This document shows positions 23,119 to 36,235 of a DNA stretch of 64,000 nt, piece by piece. The first letter of the stretch is position 1; every line of letters starts with the position of its first letter. Both the position numbers and the translations under genes were made by a program. Under the pieces are notes generated by a model that did no database searches, was not told the DNA's origin, and was given only the letters and a program-made list of their open reading frames with translations. The stretch lies in assembly GCF_026210795.1 (NCBI RefSeq), contig NC_089434.1, positions 3,534,001-3,598,000 on the forward strand. The letters are read 5' to 3'. Origin of the DNA: Rhizophagus irregularis (Eukaryota).

Positions 23119-24003
23119 TTAATAGAAATTAATTCCATTAAATATTTGGTTTGCAAATGGATTGTTGCTTATGTTTTGTCTTGGTAATTGCATAAAATAA
23201 TTTGTATACGAATCGATTTTGCTTGCATATCTTATTTTTCGTTGAATTCTACGATTTTTAAGAGAACGATCATATCGTGGCAGACGTGGCACGTATGATG
23301 ATGATGAATGAGTTTGGATTACATTTATGAGACATTTTTCTTGTTGTTCAGAATATATATCTTTTCTTTGATACTGAGAAGAACTATGAGAATAGCAGAA
23401 AATGAAGAAAATTAAAGAGAGAATTAATTCATTGAATGAATCCCCTTTAAAATTTTTGGGGTGAAATGTTAAATGAGGGTTGTCACACACAGATAATGTC
23501 GTACCACCTCCCTTAAAAAATATTTATACCAAAAATAGGAGCGAAAATAAAAAAAAAAAATTATTTTCTTTCTTTCTTAAAACTTACCATTTTAGAGTCT
23601 TTGGAGAGACAAGTTTATTTCCTTTGCCAATACAACCAACTGATGGACCCATACGTCTCCATAAAGCGTTCTTCATACGAATTAAATGCCTTTCTTCTGT
23701 ACATAAAGCAGGTTCTTCTTTCTGTTGTTTGAGTGTGTTTCCAATATGACCTATCGTAGCAACATTGACATTTCTTTCACGTTGAGATTGTTGTGCTTGT
23801 TGGACAGCTTTTTGAGATAGTTGTTTAGAATGTGAATAACGTTTTTTGAATTTTCTTTGACCTTTTTGTATCTGTAATTTTTCTTGACAGATGTTAAGTT
23901 GGTTGCAAATTTTTTTATAAGATGAGATAATATCGGTATCGGTCCAGTTATGAGATTGGCCGAAGTAGTCAATATCAGAATAAGTAACTGATGGTTGTTC
24001 CAT
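23119..24003 (-). CDS. Orphan family protein copy A, 226 aa, 2 exons (24003-23588, 23383-23119)
   Basis: A phase-2 GTAAGT...TAG intron joins ORFs 23584-24003 and 23119-23490 in frame. The protein ends NNPFANQIFNGINFY. Confidence 0.85.
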
Positions 24004-26838
24004 TTTTTACAAAAAATTATATTTTTGTAGAATCAAGAAATTTTTTTTTTTTTTAAATGTTAACGAAAAAAAATTTTTTTTAAATAAAAAGAAGGTATTT
24101 ACAAACTTTTTTTCTCGAATCGAAAAATGTTTTATTGTTTTTGTTCTCAAAAATACTATTAAATTATAAACTTCATTAAAAAAAAAAGTTTTTTTTTTTT
24201 CCGAAATGTTCGAAATGAGAATTAAATCAAAAAAAATTGTGATTTTTTTTTGATATATATATAGAGGAAACTAATGGGAATTTTTTCAATGGAGTTTTTT
24301 TTAAAAAAAAATTCGTTTTTTTTTTCGTTATTGAAAAAATATTTGGGATAACCGTCAAAAGAGGGTTATTATATAGAATTTTTTTTTGATTCTCCATGTT
24401 TTCTAGTTTAAGTACCTTTAAAGCAATATATATTCAGTGAGGAAATATAACGTAATTATTAAAAATAAACAATAGAATAAAATAAAACAAAATAAAATAA
24501 AAAAAATAAAATAAAAAATAAAAAATAAAAAAATAAAACTTTAATTAACAATTAACTTGTAAAAAAAAAAATTTTTTTTTTTTTTAATTTTTTTTTTTTT
24601 TTTTTAGGAAACGCACAGAATAATAAATAAGTTGTTTTTAAAACGCAAGATTAACATGATTAAAACAAATAAATAAATAAACAAAAAAAAATTTTTTTTT
24701 TTTTATATTATAATTTTTTTTCTTGAACTTTATTTGAAGGCGTAAAAAATATTTTATGTGTAGTACGACCACCAAACATTCATTATGTTTATTTTTAATT
24801 TCCTTTTTAAGAGAGTTAATAAGAAAGTAGAAAAAAGAAACATTAAAAGTAAATAAAAGTAGAAACTGAATATTTATAATACTTTTTTATCTGCGACGAG
24901 AAAAAAGTAGGATTAATTATAAAAAAAAAAACATTGTCTTTCTTGATTTTTCAATCTTAATTATTTAATATAATAATATATAATAAAATATTACCTTTAC
25001 GTAAATTAAAAATTATATATATTACATATATAAATATTACCGTTACGTAAAATTAAAAATTATATATACACATAAAAAATTATATATAAATATATAAAAC
25101 ATTTTTTCAAAGTAATTTACTAGATCCCAAAAAGGTTCAATTTTAATTCTTTCATGTTTCAGTCGAAAAAAAAAAAATTGAATCAATTGAAGTAAAATAG
25201 GATAAAACATTTTCGAATGTAATATTTCTCTGAGAAAAAAAAACATCGCCAAAAATGAATTTCAATTGAATTCATAATCAATCAATTTACGATGATAATC
25301 TAACTCAATTTATAAAGTGCTCGGACGAAAAAAATTCTCTATTTCATTTATGCATTAAATAAAAATGAAACGGCATAAGTCATAATATTAAAAACTTGTT
25401 TACTCCACAAAGAAAAAGCGAATGAAAGAACCCAAATTTGAATCAATTGCTTGTATGATGAAAGAACCCAATGTTTGACATGTACATCATGCAACATGCA
25501 ATTACAACATCATCGGTAAAACGGGACATTTAAATGCATTAGTAGTATTAGTAATCATTATAATAAACTTTGGAGTTATATTTCCGCAAAGTAAGTACAA
25601 CATAATACAATGATACTTTAGTAACATCACATCATCATCACCCCACATTTAGAAAAGAAAGAACAAGTTAATTGTGCATAAAAAAGCTGGAATTCTTCCT
25701 GTTAAAATTTCCATGATAAAAATTTATCCGTATCTTTGTTTATTTACATCTTAATTTTCATTAAATTCCAATCAATGAAACTAAATTGGTTGACAAAAAT
25801 TCTTTGTATATAGGCTTGCATTTTATTAATACAAATAATATTTACTGCGGCGGCGTAAAAATTGCAATCACCTGACACTTGAACTTTAAATACTTGATTA
25901 TGCAAAAGAATTCTTAAAAAATAAATTTTTTTAAGGAATAATTTAAGTTTTTCTGTGCCTCGAATTTAAAATTTTATTTGCATTTATCCTACGCCTAATT
26001 AACCTATAAATATCATATTCTAGAAATGAATTGTTTAAATTAGCACAAGTTGTGCTCGCCTGTATATTACTTATATGGTGGTTAAAAGATTGGCAATTCT
26101 TTAAGGATGAGTCATTTTCTTTGCCTACATACAAAGAAAATCGAAACCATTACATTACTAAAAATGGTGATCATCCAAAGCGGAGTAGTTTTGAAATTAC
26201 GCACGTGACAAATAAGGGTGATGACAAATAGGGGTTCACTAATTCTAAGCCCCCCCGGAAACAATAAAAATGAAAAGTAGAGGGGTGTGACAATTGCGTG
26301 ACAAATATTTTTACTATTATCACGTAATAGTCGTAATATTACTCCTACCCTAAAATGTCCCGTCAGTTCATTTATTCACTTGTAAATCAATTTCTTTCCT
26401 CACAAATTTTTTTCTTTACCTTTAGTTCTTCAATTCATTCGCTTATAAAAATTTCTTTCAAATACTCATTCACCCAAGTTTGACATTATTTCTCCACAAG
26501 AGAAAACTGTACAGCTGATCTTTTTTTTTTTTGACGTACATAAAACATACATGAATCATATGAACGAAATAAATTTTTTATATTAGTATGTATATACCTA
26601 TTAAGGTTAATTAATGATGTATATTTTTAAAATTTATTGAATTTTCATTGGTCAATATTCATTGACATAATTTAACTGATTTTGGTATATATTAAAATTG
26701 TATAAACTCATTATAGGTTAGTGTGAGCGATATATATAGTGATAACATTTCATGCATGTAGGCTTTTGTTATTCTCTTTTTTAATTTATTATTTGTGAAA
26801 ACAAATTTCATTAAATCTATTAAATCTTTTTTTTTTAT

Positions 26839-27043
26839 AATGAAACTATAATTTTGCAAGCCATCACTCTTTTAATTTTAATGAAACTATAATTTGCAAA
26901 ACCATTACTTTTTTAATTTTAATAAAACTATAATTTTGCAAGCCATCACTCTTTTAATTTTAATGAAACTATAATTTTGCAAGCCATCACTTTTTTAATT
27001 TCAATGAAACTATAATTTGCAAAACCATCACTTTTTTAATTTT
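26839..27043. repeat. Minisatellite, ~40-bp unit x5
   Basis: Repeated aatgaaactataattttgcaagccatcactcttttaatttt. Confidence 0.85.
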
Positions 27044-28323
27044 TAAATGCGCGAGAACTTTTGATTGTGAGTATATTTTAGGAAAGGGCTAAAATTTTCA
27101 CATGTGTCACGCCCTACCCCAGAAAAGATAGTGGCGTAACTTTCATCTTTTTTTCCTTTTTTGACCATTTTTAAAGATCATCGATGAATTTTATCGATTT
27201 CCAGAATAAATAAATAAATGATAGACCATAAATAAATATTTACCCCAAACTTATTTTATAATAAGATCGGTGGGATGCATACTGTAAGTGCGGCGGATAA
27301 GTGCGGATCGACAACTGGATTCAACAGGTTTCATAAGGCATTCTCTCAAGAGAAAGAACTTCAAATTAAAAATAAAAAGGAAAGAACTCGAAACTAACTT
27401 CATCCTAACCTTTTACTTAAAAAAAATTTCAAGAGGCAAGGAGATTGATTATAGGGACTTAACATAAAAAAAATAAATAATAGGCAAACGCATAATTATA
27501 ATTATTCAAGAAATTTATTTCTATGGAAAAAAATATGTATATAAAAGTAAGTATTATGTCTGTCTTTCATCAATTTCCTAAATAATTTTTTTTTTTTGGC
27601 GCGCTTTCAATCAATTTAAGACGAAAATATTAGTATAATGAAATAACTTGTTTCATCTCCTATATTAATATAATTTACATTAATTAGAACTCTTATTGCG
27701 AGTTATTTAATTTATATAAATAAAAGGTTATGGACTGCATCAATGATAGTAAAAAAACATTGAAAGATCTTTATTTATTTATTTTATTTTTTTGCCAAAA
27801 AGCCACATAAAGAAAAGAAGAAAATTCGAAACATGTATATAGAATTTTAGATGGAAAGAATAATTGTCATTGGATGTATTGATGATGAATGATGATCATT
27901 TTTGTATTGAAAATGCATCATTCTGCAGAGCTGTGTTTGACGTCAGGATTTAAGGTTAGATTAGGTCATTAAGGATAGTTAATACTAATTATATCACATC
28001 CATTTTTCTTAACTTATCAGTTATCACCAATTATATTGCGCAAGCATTACTCGAATGCGTAGAAATAAAAATTACAAGTGTAAAGTCGATAAATTAGAAA
28101 ATTTTTGAAAGAATATATACAGTATTAAGGTAACGAAAGGGAATATCGGAATGGAATAATATGTATTAGTTACTTTATTGTTCTATCACCCGAAGGATGG
28201 TGACCCATTTATTTATAAACTAATTATTACTGTTTTATCATCCTGGATGTAACTGGCCTGCCAGTTTATAACTGGAGGAAAAATCCCTAAATACTAGTCA
28301 GTACTTGATAATGATAATCATCT

Positions 28324-28581
28324 TTAGAAAAAAGTTGATCCATTGAAAAATTGGTTCATTAATGGATTGTTCGTAACCTGCACAGGTAACCTTCTAATCG
28401 AATATAATGCATGATATTTTCTTAATTCTCGTCGATTTCTACGTTCGCGAATATTACGGCGGTAGTGTGACAGTGACCCGTAAGATTGAGAAGTGGGCTC
28501 TTCAAGATTGCTGATTGTGTAGGATGTATTTGTATCATCGTTACTAATTTCATTAATTTTGGTCACCTTGTGATCCATCAT
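28324..28581 (-). CDS. 85-aa single-exon protein sharing the family's C-terminal Arg-rich + NNP..NQ.FNG..F motif
   Basis: ...HYRRNIRERRNRRELR...LPVQVTNNPLMNQFFNGSTFF aligns with exon 2 of the two-exon family (RYNRSLKNRRIQRKIR...LPRQN..NNPFANQIFNGINFY). TATATATAA on the minus strand at ~28747-28755. Confidence 0.7.
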   Translation of the reverse strand: MMDHKVTKINEISNDDTNTSYTISNLEEPTSQSYGSLSHYRRNIRERRNRRELRKYHALYSIRRLPVQVTNNPLMNQFFNGSTFF

Positions 28582-30862
28582 AAAAGTATTAATGTTATAT
28601 AGAATCCTTAATACGGTTCTTCGGTTTGTGGAGGGCTATTATAACGGAAATAGCAGAAGAAATGTTCTAAATAAGTAGAATATAAATACTTCTAAAAAAA
28701 AATAAATATAATTTTTTATTTGTTGTCAAAGGAGTATTTTTAAGTTATTATATATAGAGATTTTATTTCTTCGAACTTTTTAAACAGCTATCTAGAAGAA
28801 TCTATTTTGATTTCGATAGAAAAATTTATGATAGAACAGAGAAAAAGAAGGAATTTAAATGTGTTTTCGACATTTTGCGGGTTACGCCATATTTAAAACA
28901 ATGAAGTTGATTGTAATCCAAATTAAAAACTTTTTCTTTTTAATAAAAAAAATGTAATGAAAATAAATATTATAATGAATATAATATATACGTATTTTAA
29001 TTAATTGCCATATTTTTTTTTTTAATACAATGTATATAAATTAATATACTGTATTCGTATCTACAATTAATTACCATATTTTTTTTTTGCTTAGATAACA
29101 TAACTATTTATGTTAGTTGATCTTTTCATTTTGTTGCCCCCTAATTCGTTTGATAATTCAAATATGGTTTAAACAAAAATATTGTAATAAACTTTTTTTC
29201 CACGTCATTTGGAAGATGATTGGTAAACCTTAAAAATTGTTTAATAAAAAAAAATCACTATCTTTTAAAAATTTCCACTTTTGGTCCATAATTCTTTTAT
29301 GCATACTTATTCATTTTTTTTAGTCAGACGATTATTATTTTTTTTTTTTACAATTTATAAGGGATAAGGAATTATTAATTAAAAAAATGTTAATAAATAT
29401 ATATATATATATATATTTTTTTTCATTTATATTTAATCATTGTAATATAATTTATTTAGCTTTTTTAACTAAGAATTTACCATACTGTCAAAACTATGAT
29501 GCGCAATTGTACATCGACCAAAATTATTTTAGTTCAAAAAAGTTTTAAACAATGAAAAGAAAATCATTTGTCTTTAATGCAATTTAAAACGATTTCAATC
29601 ATATAATTTTTTTAATGATTCAGCCAATTTGCATAGGTTCTTTCTTACTTGAGTTTATCGGTGCATATACATACAGTAATATTGTATATACAAGAAAGAG
29701 ATTAATTTAACCAAAAGTAAATGAATGCAGATAAATTAATTTAACCAAATGTGAATAGTAATTTGCAAGAAATTAATTTTGACCAATTGTTGAAGAGTAT
29801 CATACAAAAATTTTTTATTTTGTTCCTTTGAAACAAAAAAGGAAAACAAAAAAAAAGTAGGTACAATCAGAAGTATCGTGATAAGGCGATTGCTATTGGA
29901 AACTCTTTTGTTTTTTTTTTTAAAAAAAAAATAAATAAATGATGTATATGCATGTCATTTTCAATAATCAGCCCGATAAGAAAATGCACGAAGTTAATAA
30001 ATAAATATTGATCGTCTATTTTTATGTATGCATATACGCATATACATTATAATTTTTCATTTATGTTTATTTGTAATATTTTTTTTATATATATATTAAG
30101 GTTCGAAAAATTACTTCTTTCTTACATTACTCAAAGATTTTTTTTTTTGCAAAAAAAAATTTTATTATAAAATACTTTTGTTTTAATTTATTTTCCCCTT
30201 TCTATTATTAACTTTCCTAAAAAAAATCGAAAAAAATAAACATTACCCTAATAAAAGAAAGTTGATACGGAATTAAATATGAAAGTAATGGGAACATACA
30301 GGAAATGAACGGGATTCATACGGAATTTGCGAAATTTCATGTGAATTCTGCACATTTCTTGTAATGATTGTACATTTTAGTATAGTACCATTTTAATAAT
30401 GATTTCTTATTCATCACATATATATAGTATAAAAACATCACATATAAACATTTCTAATTGATAAACTTTATTTACTTGATTTGTTAAAATCGATCGGTTA
30501 TGCAAAAATAAATAAAATATTAATAATTTGTAATTTATTATTTATTTGTTTGTTTATTTATTTAATCGAGTATTCAAAAAGTAGTTACTGTATTAATTAA
30601 TTACATTTTTCAAAAAAAAAAATAATAAATTTTTTTTCTAGCTAAGATATTTACTTATAGTACTATAGACTATAGACTATAGGTGTTAGCATTGCTATAA
30701 AAGATCAGAAAAAAACGATATCCCCATCCAATAACTAAGTTATAGGAATACTGCGGTGACCAATAGGAATTAATGCTAATAATACTGATTTCAATATTGG
30801 ATGTCTCATAAAAATATCGGTCGCATATTCCTAATCGACTGAACAATAACTATTTTTAATTT

Positions 30863-30965
30863 ATTTATCGCCGTTTTCAAAATGCACTCCCCTAGATAAT
30901 AGGACTCCTAAAGTTCAAGGTCCTACAAATAAACTGCCTACACCATCTTGAAAACGGCGATAAAT
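30863..30965. repeat. Short hairpin element with 22-bp inverted repeats
   Basis: ATTTATCGCCGTTTTCAAAATG ... CATCTTGAAAACGGCGATAAAT. Confidence 0.65.
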
Positions 30966-31553
30966 AGAATGTTGACCAGTGAGAGTGAGAATGATGATAG
31001 ACGAACAGTTTTCTTGGATGTGTCACCCGCCGAAAGGGGCATCTTGAATATTTCAAAACACTTGGAAGGGCTATGAAATATTCAGGTGCTGTATATGCTT
31101 ATTTAAGGACAATTGCAGATGCTTATCCGAGATCACGAACCAGGTAATAGACCGAATATCACCCAAGTGATTTCAGAACTTAATTGTATTCCAGGAGAAA
31201 GCAAAGAAAGTGAGAATGACAGATTGTGATTAAATAAACCATTGGATTCGTTAATAATTAGTTGTTTTACCATTAGAATAGATTATTATTTTTTTCCTAA
31301 TAAATTTTTATATGAACAATTATTTAAATTTTACGTAAAATCTTGAAATCGCTGTTGATATTCGTGTATTGATTGCAAACATTTTTAAGTAAAAGATGGT
31401 ACGATTATCGCAATCCATAAAAAAAATGCACAATGTTTTTTGCATTTTATGGTAATAGAACTATAGAAGACTGCAGAACTTTGAATTTGTGGCTTGTATT
31501 AAAAAAAAAATCATTATTTCTCAACTTATTAACGGTAGTTAATTATAAAAATA

Positions 31554-31725
31554 CAGTCAAACCTTTATATAACGATATGTCGGGACATATATGAAATTTT
31601 TAGGAAATATCGTTATATCAAAGTTATACCGATATTTATATGTCCCACATATAGTGGGAAAATAAAATTTATCGGTATATCAAGTTTTTAATAGTATATC
31701 GGTATATCGAATATCGGTATATCGA
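31554..31725. mobile_element. pogo/Tigger-like MITE with one TIR truncated
   Basis: TA|CAGTCAAACCTTTATATAACGA start; near-identical reverse complement of the element at 57206-57389. Confidence 0.8.
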
Positions 31726-33926
31726 AATTATTTAAAAATATAATATATTATATAGTATTTATACTGTAGTACTTAATATGTAAAAAAAAATTCAGGCGAT
31801 TTCTATTTGTACACGGGTGTTCAAACTTCAAACACGAATTTCCAAAAAAGGTAACGAAAAAAAGTCAAAATTGATGCTTTGTAAGTCACGTGATATGTAC
31901 CCATGTATTTTTCAAAATTTTATATATACAGATACATCTTAATTTTTACCATACAAACTTTACAACAAAATCTACAAAAAAAAAATATATTATGAGTCAC
32001 TAAAAAAAAAGCATAACCAATTAATTTGTATTTTATTTAGAATTAACAAAATGAACATGAAATCACAAACATTTAAAACCGAAAAGAGAAACTATAACAA
32101 AGAGAAAAATTCAGGGTTAACGTCATCATTGCGTAAAAAATACATTTATAGATAAAAAAAATGTTGATCCATGGTTTATTCATCGGAGTTTAAAATATGG
32201 AGATATACCGGAAGTATGAAAATAAAATATATTAAAATATATATTGTGAAAAATTCTTGTACGCAAATATTCGAATCACATCTATTGAATTAGGCGCAAA
32301 GTAATATTTTATAAAATTTCTTCAAACAAAATTATAATAACATATACAATCTGTTTATATTCGGATATCCGAATTTATAACGGATCTCATCATGATAACT
32401 TAAATAAAGGTGAAGATCCTGTACCAAATTAGAAGGTGATTCGGATAAAATAACTAGAGGCACGGTAAAAAAAAAAAATTCTTTTCTTTTCTTTTCTTTT
32501 TTTTTAAAAAAAAATATCAATATATATATTTGTATTTATAAAAATAAATAAAAAAAAAAGATTCATACTGTACAACTCTTATCAGAAACTTTGGGGTATG
32601 GACGATATATGTTGCGTGTACAAAAAATACTTTAAACATAAATGGGAATAATATATATATATATATAACTTAATATATAAAAAAGACCAAAAACTTGTTA
32701 ATAATTTTTTGGGGCAGTTGGAAAACCGGTTGAGTAGTACATCGTAATTCAAACCTTACATGTGACCAGTTACACAGAATATATCGGAAAAAACAAAAAT
32801 TCTTTCCGTGCCTTTTTATTTGCTTCGGTATACAAAAATGTGCCAATTTTAAAGAATAAAGAAAAGCGCCCCAGAAAAAAATTTATTTAGATTATTTAAG
32901 TAAAGCCTTTTGTAAACAAACGTAACGTTTGTTTTTTTTCATATACTATCTGATATATAAAGTTCTTAAAAATTAATTTTTTTGCCTATCTTTAATGCTT
33001 CGTTTCAATAAATGTTGTCAAAGTTGTATTTAAAGGCATGCAAATTTAGGGATGCATCTGATTTGGCCGTAATTTGCATTATGGAGTCAATGTTATTTTT
33101 AATTGAAGTTCTAAGAGTTTCAAAATCGATCCTTTTGAATGATGTCAAAATTACTACAAACAAAATTTTTATTTATTCTGGAAATCGATAATCGATTCAA
33201 AATTTCATCAATGATATTTTTAAGGTTATAATAATAATTATTAAACAACAATTCAACATTTTGATATTTTGCACAACATATTATTGTGCCGACATTTTTT
33301 GTTTATCCATAGTGCGCTTAAATTGGAAATTACATTCAAAAAATAATGCAGATCTGGAATTTTCTTTTTATGTCTCACTTTTTTCTGTAAAAAACACTTT
33401 TTTCTGTAAATAAGTTGAGACATTTAATTGTAAAAAAAATGGGTAAGTATTATGATATAAAGTAATAAAAATAAACCCAGAATAACAAAAACAACAATAA
33501 ATATGAGGGAGAGAAGAAAATTCTTTATTTCAGATTTGTAAATAAATTTTGGCACGTAGAAATAACGACCAAATATTTAATCAATGAGGCTAAATTCGCA
33601 GATTCACAAAGAAAAGGTTTTCGTAAACTCCGATTTTATATTGATAATATGTTGAATGTAATGGTATGTTAATAAACTTTTTTCAATATATATATATATA
33701 TTATTATTTTAATTGGTTCATCATATGCATAGCTGTGGCGTAATGTTGGTGTCCCGAAAATTCAAGAACCAAATCTAGTTTTCATGAATTTTTTTTTTTT
33801 TGGAGATTTATTTAGTAATTATTGAGATTTTTCTAGAGGAGGAAAAAAGAAAAAATAAAATACTTGTCAATAACTTGATTGTTAAAATTGAATGCGGAAG
33901 GGAGTTAAATTACTTAAATATCGACC

Positions 33927-34832
33927 TTAACAGAAATTAATTCCATTAAATATTTGATTGGCAAATGGATTGTTGCTTATGTTTTGTCTTGGTAATTGCA
34001 TAAAATAACTTGTATACGGATTGATTGTACTTTCACGTCGTATTTTTCGTCGAATTCTACGATTTTTAATAGAACGATTATATCGTGGCACGTTTGATAA
34101 TGAATGAGTCTCTTGTTGTTCAGAATATAATATATCTTTCCTCAGATACTGAGAAGAACTATGAGTACAGTAAAAGAAAATTAAAAATTAAAAAGAGAGG
34201 ATTAATTTATTAAAATAAAAAAAAAATTCTTTGAACCCTAACTAGTAAGAGGTGTTTCTCACCCCTTAAATTTTTGGGGCGTTGCCGCACACAAATAAAA
34301 TGAACCTTATAATGTCGTACCACCTCCCCTTAAAAAATACTGTATTTATACCAATAATATAGCGAGAAGAAAAAAAAATTTTTTTTATTTCCTTCTTTCT
34401 TAAAACTTACGTCTTTGGGGAGGCAAGTTTGTTTCCTTTGCCAACACAACCAACTGATGGACGCATACATCTCCATAAAACGTTCTTCATACGAATTAAA
34501 TGCTTCTCTTCTGCGCGTAAAGTAGGTTCTTCTTTCTGTTGTTCAAGTATGTTTCCAAAATTTCCTATCGTAGCAACATCGTCACGTTGAGATTGTTGTG
34601 CTTGCTGGGCAGCCTGGGAAGTTTCCTGAGAGAGTTGGTTGAAATGGGAAGAACTTTTTCTGAGTTTCTTTCGTCCTTTTTGTTCGAGTTCTTCACGTAA
34701 TTTTTCTTGACAGATGTCAAGTTGTTTGCAAATTTGTTTATAAGAGGAGATAATATCCGTATTAGACCATTTACGAATTTGACCGAGATAGTCAACAGAT
34801 TGAGAGGTGGAATAAGTAACTGAGGGTTCCAT
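33927..34832 (-). CDS. Orphan family protein copy B, 217 aa, 2 exons (34832-34411, 34158-33927)
   Basis: Starts MEPSVTYSTSQ; phase-2 intron AC|GTAAGT...TAG; exon 2 is open to NNPFANQIFNGINFC*. Confidence 0.85.
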
Positions 34833-35964
34833 TTTTTTTTCTTTATAAAAGTTTTGTACGACCAAGAATATATATTTTTTTTTTAATAAAAAAGGGTATT
34901 TACAAAAAATTTTTTTCGAATCTAATTTTTTTTTCAACGAACGTTTTAAATATTATTAAATCATAAATTTCATTAAAAAAGAAGTTTCGAATATCGGTTT
35001 TTTTTCTTCTGAAGCGAAGATCTTCGAAGCGAAGACTGAATCAAAAAAAAAAAATCTTGCGCTTCCTTTTTTTTTGATGTACAGTATGTATTTAAATATA
35101 TATCAAGGGAAATTTCTGAGTTTTTTTTTTTGAAAGAGAGAGAGTAGTATAAAAACTTTAATTATCAAAAAAAAAAAAAAAAAGTCAAAGCAGGAAAAAA
35201 AAAGAAATTTTTTTAAAATATTTGAGTTAACTGTCAAAAGAGGGTTATTATATAAGAAATTTTTTTCCCTGATCTTCCACAATTACTTTGAAAGTAAGGA
35301 ATATATACTATTATATTTCTAGAATTATGCATTTGATGAGGAAATATAACTTAATTTAAAAAAAAACCCCAACAAAAAAAAAAGCTTTAGTTGGAAAATG
35401 TAATTAATTAATAAGCAAATAAATAAATAAATATATTTTTTTTAAAAAAAAAAACGGATCATAAAAGAACAACATAAAAAAAAAATTTTTTTTTTTTTAT
35501 TTGAAAACGTACGGTTCAAGTCAACAACAATAAACAAAAAAAAAAATTTTTTTTTGAAAGCGGTGTGATCAAATAAAAAAATTTTTTTTTCAAATAAACA
35601 AATCGAAATAAAAAAAAAAATAATTGCTTTAAAAAAAAAAATAAAATAATTGCTTTAAAATAAAAAAAAATAATTGCTTTAAAAAAAAAATAATAATTTT
35701 TTTATCAAAAATATTTTTTTTTATTATTATTATTATTTTTTAAAGTAGTACTAATAAATATTTTTTTTTCCACATCAAATTATTGTTATTTTTAATTTTT
35801 TTTTTATTTCGATCTGTTTATCAAATTATTTTTTTATTATTATTATTATTATTGTAATAAATATTTTTTTCCCCCATCAAATTATTATTTTATTTTTATT
35901 TTTTTTTATTTCGATTTGTTTATCAAAATATTTTTATTATTATTATTATATTTTTTTTTAATTA

Positions 35965-36235
35965 TCTTTTTTTTTTTTAAAGTAATAAATATTTTTTTTT
36001 TGTTTTTTTTTTTTTTTAAAGTAATAAATATTTTTTTTTTTTGTTTTTTTTTTCAAAGTAATAAATATTTTTTTTTTGTTTTTTTTTTTTTTTTAAAGTA
36101 ATAAATATTTTTTTTTTTTGTTTTTTTTTTCAAAGTAATAAATATTTTTTTTTTTGTTTTTTTTTTTAAAGTAATAAATATTTTTTTTTTGTTTTTTTTT
36201 TTTAAAGTAATAAATATTTCTTTTTTTTGTTTTTT
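35965..36235. repeat. Low-complexity tandem repeat (aaagtaataaata + poly-T), ~7 units
   Basis: Directly visible; it accounts for the spurious ORFs 35916-36101 and 36053-36271. Confidence 0.85.

Noticed and set aside
23480..34795. ORFs 23480-23749, 23751-23972 and 34565-34795 as separate genes
   Set aside because: They are alternative or antisense frames of orphan-family exon 1 and are not consistently open across copies.
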